Assembly (NCBI GenBank): GCA_012295275.1
Contig: CM022668.1
Location: 14,260,001 to 14,324,000, forward strand
DNA length: 64,000 nucleotides
From: Chrysomallon squamiferum
Lineage: Eukaryota > Animalia > Mollusca
Direction: 5' to 3'
A program made the translations under genes and the position numbers. The notes beneath the pieces were generated by a model. That model did no database searches. It was not told the origin of the DNA and saw nothing but the letters and a program-made list of their open reading frames with translations. This document shows positions 56,157 through 64,000 of the stretch, in pieces. Every line of letters begins with the position of its first letter. Position 1 is the stretch's first letter.

Positions 56157-58456
56157 ATTTATATCATATTCCTAAATCTCAAACTAAAAACAAAATGAAA
56201 TAAAATTGACCAAATCTGATTAATTAATATTAGAAACACTGACACAACTAATGTATGATACTGCAACACTAGGACAAAAAAAAAAAAAAAAAATAAAAAA
56301 TAAAAAAAAAAAATAAAAAATGTAGGAACAAACAATACAAAACTCCTTAAAATATATGGGGTCCTGTATTCAATAATATAAAATCCAAGATGGCTACCTG
56401 TGTCTATAAATAACTTGGCAATAAACTATAGGTAAATCAAATGAACAACATACAGTCACATTAATGGCACACATTCCCCATTAAAAATGTTTGCTGTCCA
56501 TTTCAGATTGTGAAAAAAAACAAAAACAACGATTGTTTGTCTACTCAAATATCTTTCATATATTGTTTTTAAACAAACAGATGATGTCAACTGTTTTTAA
56601 AATCAGTTCTGAGACATGGAAATATATTAAAAATGAATAGAAAAACAATACATGTATAAAGCAAACAAGGTAGGCATTAAACCTTTTTCTGCTGTGATCA
56701 CTGTTTGCACTCATGCGTGTGGTTTTTCTGTTGTATTTGTTCCTGTCTGTTTTACTTCTGTTTTTTTAAAGTTGTTTTTGTAAATATGATGTTCATTTGT
56801 TCTTTCACTTTCAGAATATTGTTACATAATCAGTGACTTCAAATATTTCATTTTTTTTTTATTCCAGTATTATCGGCCATCAAGGTTTCATCAGTTATAT
56901 TCTTAGGTTTTGTTTCACAAACATTTTGACATCTTTTTTCTCTGTTCCTGTTTTTTTTTTTAAAAACATTTTTTTTTTTTTTTGAAAATTATCAACAAAC
57001 ACATCACAAGTCTTCATTACTGCTTCAAGTAATCAATATGGAAATTTCAGTATATGTAGATTTTATTTGTGAAAATACTTCAATAACTGTTTCATTTTCA
57101 TTTCACCAGCTTCAAAATAACATCACCAATGCAGCTCCAGTCATAAAGATGGCACTTCTATACTTCGTATCTTTAAAAGTTAATTTTCCTTTAAAATATG
57201 GTTTTTCGTATTATGAATAAATCTCTTCTTTTAATTTTTTTTTTTGAAACCATAAAATGTACTTGAGTCACTAAAATATGGCTCCCAAATTATACACATA
57301 AATTTGTTTTGACCTACATTTAACACCCCTATGTAGCAGCTACACAGTTTATCACTTTCCTTGTAACAGAATTGTCCACAGATGTTTTTTTCTGTCTTCA
57401 AGGCTGTTTTATAATCAATATAATCTGTTAGAAATGTAGCTGCTGCTTCAAAGTAGAAACTGATGAATAATTTATGATGACAAAAATAGTCAACAAAATT
57501 TTCAAACGTTCAATTGTCTATGGAGATAATTAAACAATACAGGTAATGTTTTATAATTATTTTTTTTTGAAAAAAAACAACATCCAAATGATTTAAAATA
57601 GTGTGAAGATTTGGATATATAACTTTACAGAATAGCAAAATCATTGTCTGTCTCTTTCTAGCAGAAGAGTAAATTTTAATTCTCATTTTTGATATAAACT
57701 ATTTAAAATCTTACTTGAAAATATGATAAATTTAAAGTATTGTAGAAGAAAAACGTACATTTTTTAGTTCCTGTTTTAAGCATATATCATATAAAATCAT
57801 ACAAGAAAATTTAAATTCATTTTTAAAATCATACTTGAATTTATAATGAATGTCAATTTGTTGAAGATAAGTAAATTTTATTTTCTAAATTGTTAAACAA
57901 ATTTAAATCCTACTTGAAAACATGATAATCCTAGATTAATAAAAAACGAAGTTTGTATCGCTTTGCAGCAAACTAGTAAATTTAAATCTACAATAAGCCT
58001 GTAACAACAAATTATTCATTTACTGCCAATTAAAAAGATCTCACACTGTTCATGAGTTAACTGAAATTCTTAATTTAATTATTTAAATCTTCTCATAAAA
58101 TGGATGAATTATATATCTTCTTTATTTTATAAAGTTTTTTTTTTTATAATTATTATTATATATTTTTTTTAAATAAATGAATAATAAAAAATAATGTACA
58201 GTGATTTCTATGGAAATAAGCTCATGTATTTTCTGGTGGAACCAACAGGTAATTTTGATCATTTTTGAATCTGTCTCTTGTTAACCTAACTGCACATTCA
58301 AATGTGCCATCAGCATTTATATTAATTTATTTTTTCTTTTAATTAAATAAAAGTGAGGTTCTTTCTATAAACTGAATTCATGGCATCATAACCTTTTTCT
58401 GTTGTCAACAATCTGTAAGATGTTAAAATTTGATTTTTGTCCCTGTTATCCTTCAG

Positions 58457-58488
<32 letters not shown>

Positions 58489-58686
58489 AAAAAAAATTAT
58501 ATCTTTCCTTTCCATCAGTTTTCCATTTTGATAACAAAAATGAACAAAAATAACTCAAACCCTTGTTGCACACTTTTCATTTCATTCTTGCAACATCCAG
58601 TTTCTTTTTTAAAAAACTAAATTATTTAAAAAAAAAAACCAAAATCACTCTTTGCCTTTCCCCATAACTTACAGGTTGACCTCAAG

Positions 58687-58722
<36 letters not shown>

Positions 58723-58850
58723 TTTCCTTTCTATGTATCTATCCTTTTGTTTCTCGAATCACAAATTTTGTCCATGAGAATCAATTCAGTGAGAACCATC
58801 CTTCGAATCATGATTACAAATAGATTAAGTGTTTGTTTTGTTTTGTTTTG

Positions 58851-59103
58851 TTACATGTTATATGCCACATATATCGGATCTAACTGGTCGGCAAGGAAAC
58901 CGTCACGAAGATGCATGCGCTGTTTTTCTCCTCGCGAGTTTATCGGAATAACACCAGGATCAACAACTACCACAACGCCAACAATCAGATAGTGTTCTTC
59001 AAGAACGGCGTTGGTTACTAAGGGAACGAGATCCAGAGCCTCGTTTTCGTTTCCATCGAGTTCGACCACAGTTACCAACAGATTTGTCCATGTGAAGACG
59101 GCA
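58851..59103 (-). CDS. DIP2: DIP2 terminal coding exon (...INSRGEKQRMHLRDGFLADQLDPIYVAYNM*)
   Basis: ccag acceptor, 253 nt; ends in the DIP2 family C-terminus LDPIYVAYNM. Confidence 0.97.
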
Positions 59104-59177
59104 CTGGAAAAAGATAATTAATAAAAAAGTTTTATAGATTAGTAAATTTCATTAATGACAGAGAGAGACTGAGAGAG

Positions 59178-59229
<52 letters not shown>

Positions 59230-59464
59230 TGTTACAGCTAGTAATTATATTCTTGGACAGCAACATATAATTTGAAAAAGAAAGAAAGAAAAATAAGAAA
59301 AATAAAAAGCAAAAAAAAAAAATTCCAACCAGCAAATTTTATTTATATTTTTTTAACTTGCTAAATGTTTCTAATTTACCAACAGAAAAATGATTAATAT
59401 AATAAATCAATAAGCTCATGAAGAGTCGACTGTTTTAATGTGAAATGTAAAATGCTGTTGTTAC

Positions 59465-59588
59465 CATTCACAAATCTTGCGGTGAGACCTGAGGACACTG
59501 TTTTCTATGTCTATTGGATGATACCTCATTCCTCTCAACATTATTGTCTCGTCCAGACTTCCTACGATGAAGATAGCATCGTGACGTT
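59465..59588 (-). CDS. DIP2: DIP2 exon (RHDAIFIVGSLDETIMLRGMRYHPIDIENSVLRSHRKICE)
   Basis: ttcag|...|gtaaca, 124 nt, phase 1->2; LRGMRYHPIDIE motif. Confidence 0.95.
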
Positions 59589-60033
59589 CTGAAAGTAGTC
59601 AAATATAAACATAATGATAGCAATAATAATAATAATAATAATAATAACTGTAAATGTTATAATAGTAAGATAAATAATAACAGCAATAATACTAGTACTA
59701 ACAGTTTTAATAATAATAATTAGTTATAATAATAATTAGTAATAATAATAGTAATAACAGTTTTAATAATAATAATTAGTAATAATAATAATCATAATAA
59801 CAATATCAATAATAATAAAATAATAATAATAATAATAATAACAATAATATCAATACTACTACTAAAATAATACTTACTAATAATACTACTAATAATAATA
59901 GTGCTAATAATTATAATAAAGATAATAATCTCAGCTTTACATCACCATCTTACACTCTAATCTATTCAATAAACAATCGAACAAAAAGAAACAAATAAAT
60001 AAGGTTTATAAATAATGATCTGCTAGTACAAAC

Positions 60034-60208
60034 CCCCATCCGACTGAGTCAGCTCCGTGCGACGTATGAACCCGAGGAAGCCTGTCCGTGCGTACGACAT
60101 CGTCGTGTCTCCCGTCGCCAGCCGCGAGTCGAACTGGTCATGGTGTAGCGAGTCGTCTCCGTATATTGTGTAGTACCCTGTAGCATTGTGAGGACTGTTT
60201 ACCCACAC
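60034..60208 (-). CDS. DIP2: DIP2 exon (VWVNSPHNATGYYTIYG...YARTGFLGFIRRTELTQSDG)
   Basis: ttcag|...G|gtttgt, 175 nt, phase 0->1; ARTGxLGF motif. Confidence 0.95.
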
Positions 60209-61030
60209 CTGAAACACAACAGAGGACTGTTTACACACATACCAAAATATAGTGACATACTGTTTACCCTGTAGCGTTGTGAGGACTGTTTACCCACACC
60301 TGAAACACAACAGAGGACCATTTACACACACACATAAAAATATAGTGACATACTGTTTACCCTGTAGCATTATGAGGACTGTTTACCCACACCTGAAACA
60401 CGACAGAGGACCGTTTACACACATACTTAAATATAGTGATATATTGTTAACCCGTAACTGCAGAGGACCGTTTACACACAAACATAAATACACTGACATA
60501 TTGTTTACCCTGTAGCATTGTGAGGACTGTTTACCCACACCTGAAACACGACAGAGGACCGTTTACACACACAAATATGAAACATATTGTTAACCCGTAA
60601 CTGCAGAGGACCGTTTACCCACACAAAAACAAATACACTGACTGTTTTTACCCATGAAACACAACAGAGGACTGTTTACCCACACCTGAAACACAACAGA
60701 GGACCGTTTACACACAAACATAAATACACTGACATATTGTTTACCCTGTAGCATTGTGAGGACTGTTTACCCACACCTGTAACATGACAGAGGACTGTTT
60801 ACCCACACATGAAACATGACAGAGGACCGTTTACCCACACATGAAACACGACAGAGGACCATTTACCCACACATGAAACATGACAGAGGACCGTTTACCT
60901 ACAGATGAAACATGACAGAGGACTGTTTAACCCACACATGAAACATGACAGAGGACTGTTTACCCACACATGAAACATGACAGAGGACCGTTTACGCACA
61001 CACAAAAACACACCAACATATTGTTTACCC
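60175..61030 (-). repeat. Compound tandem array (~31-bp and ~92-bp units) copying the acceptor and first ~33 nt of a DIP2 exon
   Basis: gaggactgtttacccacacctgaaacac repeated; AG-bearing copies at ~60300, 60393, 60541, 60686, 60777. Confidence 0.95.
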
Positions 61031-61211
61031 ATATCTGTGGAGGTCCATTTACAGGTAACTGAAAATGCACAGACTTAATACTGTGAGGAACTGTTAACTT
61101 ACCTGTTAAATACTTAAGATGTACTTGTAATGACTATTTTTCAGTAACTCAGTAAATACAAAAATTGCTTAACCAAACATCCTGAAACAAAATCTTATTG
61201 ATTTAACTTAC

Positions 61212-61286
61212 CTCCCCTAGGTGTGAGTCTGCACACTGTCCTCGAGTTTCTGGGTTGGCAATGACAACCTTTACTCCTGGAAGTAA
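61212..61286 (-). CDS. DIP2: DIP2 exon (LLPGVKVVIANPETRGQCADSHLGE)
   Basis: tcag|...GAG|gtaagt, 75 nt. Confidence 0.95.
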
Positions 61287-61597
61287 CTGAAATGAAATAT
61301 GAAAAAACATACTTAATCTTAATCACGATAATCTTTCAACACTTCAACAACCAATGCAATCATACGTGACAAATGGCTGGGCCAGGGAGTTTCTTAAATT
61401 TCCGCTAGCAGTTTTTATTTGATATGGATGGTGTTTAAATATTAATATCTAAAAAAAAAAAAAATGTTTTTTTTTTTTTTCTCATTATTTAGAGTTGGTA
61501 AATTGTTAAATGTTAAAAATGAATTGAAAATAAAAAGCAACAAGCTAACTTGTAACAGATTGTTATATACACTGAAAAATCCATTCTGTGTCCTTTT

Positions 61598-61667
<70 letters not shown>

Positions 61668-61783
61668 GGTTTGTTCCACTGTGGGTATGATGATTTGTCA
61701 AACTATCGAAGCTTTAGACCTGCAGACTACTGACTGAGCAACCTTTAAGTAAAAAGTTTTAAACTAAAGTTAAAAAGTCAAAC

Positions 61784-61903
61784 CTTTCCGGATTCCATGA
61801 GACAGAGGCTGTTTGGACTTCCCTTCTCTACGAGCGTCACGCGGTCGTTCCTCAGAGCTCGCAGATCCACGTAGACTGTCGTGGGCTCTGGACATGAGGC
61901 CCC
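61784..61903 (-). CDS. DIP2: DIP2 exon (GASCPEPTTVYVDLRALRNDRVTLVEKGSPNSLCLMESGK)
   Basis: taag|...AAG|gtttga, 120 nt, phase 0; conserved DIP2 sequence. Confidence 0.95.
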
Positions 61904-62529
61904 CTTAGAAACACAAATATTTAAAACAGTTATTTATTTGTTTATTTACTTACTTACTTATTTATTTATTTACTTATTTATTTGTTTATTTATTTATTTA
62001 TTTATTTACTTACTTATTTATTTTGTTTTGAAAAGAAGAATCTTACTTAATTAAAAATACTCTATATCTCTGAAAATTATATTATTTAACACTATTCAAC
62101 TGTGTATATATGTATGTATGTATGCATGTATTTATGTTTTTTTTTAAAATATATATATATATTTTTTTTTTACAAATTTGCTGGGTGGACATTTTATAGA
62201 AAGAACAGTTTTGTTTGGTGTGGAAATTTCACAGAATCTGAAGTCTGTTTAAATGTACAAATAATCCATAGAATACATTGAGTGAAAAAATATTTTGTAG
62301 TTTTGCACGTATGTATGTGTATGTTTGTCTTTGTGCTTGCATGTAGTGTGTATATTTGTTTCAGTGTAAATGTATCTGTGTGCTTCCATGTGTGTTTTTG
62401 TGTCTATGTCTGTGTCTAATTAAGCGAATTTCAAGGCAACTAAATCCTAATAATGTGTTTTATTTTTAATAACGTTTGACCGTATCAATATCACTGCTAA
62501 GCAGTCTTTTGTTTTTAAATCATTTGTCA

Positions 62530-62746
62530 GATTTTTTACCACAGACAAATTAAATAAACATAAGATTTTCACTAATCAAATAAACTTAAGATTTTTGCCT
62601 GTAGTCAAATCAAATAAACATATGATTTTTACCTGCAGGCAAATTAAATAAACGTATGATTTTTACCTGCAGACAAATTAAATAAACGTATGATTTTTAC
62701 CTGCAGACAAATGAAATAAACGTATGATTTTTACCTGTAGACAAAT
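62530..62746 (-). repeat. 34-bp tandem array copying a DIP2 exon end and donor
   Basis: GT at 62734, 62700, 62666, 62632 and GC at 62598; period 34. Confidence 0.95.
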
Positions 62747-62905
62747 GCCCACATTAACTCTGCATCCAAAACTAGTGCTGACAGCTCTTGGTGAAAGCCC
62801 CAGACTGGCAAACAGCTTCGTGAAAGACGTTGTCAACGTTATTCTGGGTCTCTCCTCGGCTATGACACAGCATGCCCGCACACAGGAGAGATTAACACCT
62901 TTGGC
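62735..62905 (-). CDS. DIP2: DIP2 exon (AKGVNLSCVRACCVIAEERPR...SFGCRVNVGICLQ)
   Basis: ccag|...CAG|gtaaaa, 171 nt. AEERPR and STSFGCRVN are DIP2 second AMP-binding-like domain motifs. Upstream exons lie beyond the window. Confidence 0.95.
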
Positions 62906-63309
62906 CTGGAATAGAATTTTTTATTATTATTTTTTTTTAAATAGTTATAAGTAAATAAAAGAGACAAAATTAGTAATAGTGATTTTAACACTGGTGCTGT
63001 TGTGTTGTAGTAGTAGTGGTGCTGGTGGTGGTGGTGTCGTATGTTGTGGTTGTATGTTGTAGTAGTAGGAAAAATAGTACTAGTACGAATAATAGAAGCA
63101 ATAGTAAGAGCACAACTAGAAGCAGCAGCAGTAGTAGAAGTAACAGAACTAGAAGTAGTAGTTGTAGTAGAAGTAGTAAAAGTAGTAGTAGTAGTCATTG
63201 TCATCACTGTCTATAGGAATAGTATTAGTCATAACAGTATTAGTAATAATATTCATAATCAGTTTTAGAAGATGATAGCAAAAAAAAAAAAATAAAAAAA
63301 TAAAAAAAA

Positions 63310-63530
63310 AAATAATAAAAAAATGAAAGAAACCAAGAATATAATACAGAGGAGGACTTCCCATACACAGACACACATTATTTATTAAAATAATCCTGCC
63401 AAAAAAATAAATAAATAAAAATAAATAAATAAATATATAAAAAAAATAAAAAATGAAAGAATGCAAGAATATAATACAGAGGAGGACTTCCCATACACAG
63501 ACACACATTATTTATTAAAATAATCCTGCA
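63310..63530. repeat. ~131-bp tandem duplication in a DIP2 intron
   Basis: aagaatataatacagaggaggacttcccatacacagacacacattatttattaaaataatcctgc occurs twice. Confidence 0.9.
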
Positions 63531-64000
63531 ACGTTTGTGCCTCTGATATATATAAAAAGCCATTATATAAACACATTAAGCTATCAAACATTCATTATAT
63601 ATAGACACACACACTCATATATATGTATATAAAATTCATATATTCATTAAAGCATTACAATGACAATGTATGTAAAATCAGTGAACAGTGAAAACAGCCA
63701 ATACTATATGACAACAGTATGTCACAGTCCATTAACTATCTGTCTGTGTATCTACAGTTGACAACGAGTTATCTGATTTATAAGTTGTTAACACAGAAAA
63801 ACCATGTATCTGTTAGTTCTACTTGTCGACTTGGTGTTAACCCATACAAATATAACAGGTGACCACATACAGGTATGGAGACAGACAGACAGGCATTCAG
63901 ACACACATATGCACACATTTAATCATGCACACACTCCAACATACAGTGACACAAAACATACACACACACACATTTACTCTCTCTCTCTCTCTCTCTCTCT

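Noticed and set aside
58720-58992. Plus-strand ORF overlapping the DIP2 last exon (also 62724-62954)
   Set aside because: Antisense shadow of real coding sequence.
60175-61030. CRISPR-like appearance of ~31-bp repeats (also 17510-17965 and 13750-14285)
   Set aside because: No unique spacers, no cas genes, eukaryotic intronic context; the 60-61 kb unit derives from DIP2 exon sequence.

Overview
AT-rich, microsatellite-dense animal genomic DNA with spliceosomal GT-AG introns. It is probably a mollusc/gastropod, an inference from repeat style and SINE remnants. Almost all ORF-track entries are low-complexity artefacts. Two real genes lie in tandem on the minus strand. (1) A SPATS2/SPATS2L (DUF1387) family gene has 15 hand-assembled coding exons from 44907 to 9272, a ~20 kb first intron and an RGG-rich C-terminus; one internal exon expected from phase and homology could not be found. 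(2) The last six coding exons of a DIP2 (Disco-interacting protein 2) gene run from 62905 to 58851. CpGs look depleted in both gene bodies and retained in the 44.6-51.1 kb intergenic/promoter block (judged by eye). The most striking pattern is that five exon boundaries in the two genes have been tandemly copied into the adjacent intron, giving arrays of duplicate splice sites. These include an in-frame 69-bp donor array that could add 23-aa units and a 34-bp head-to-tail GT...CAG array. Intron 1 of the SPATS2-like gene also holds candidate alternative first exons and a candidate recursive (AG|GT) splice site. No prokaryotic systems, CRISPR arrays, rRNA or intact tRNA were seen.
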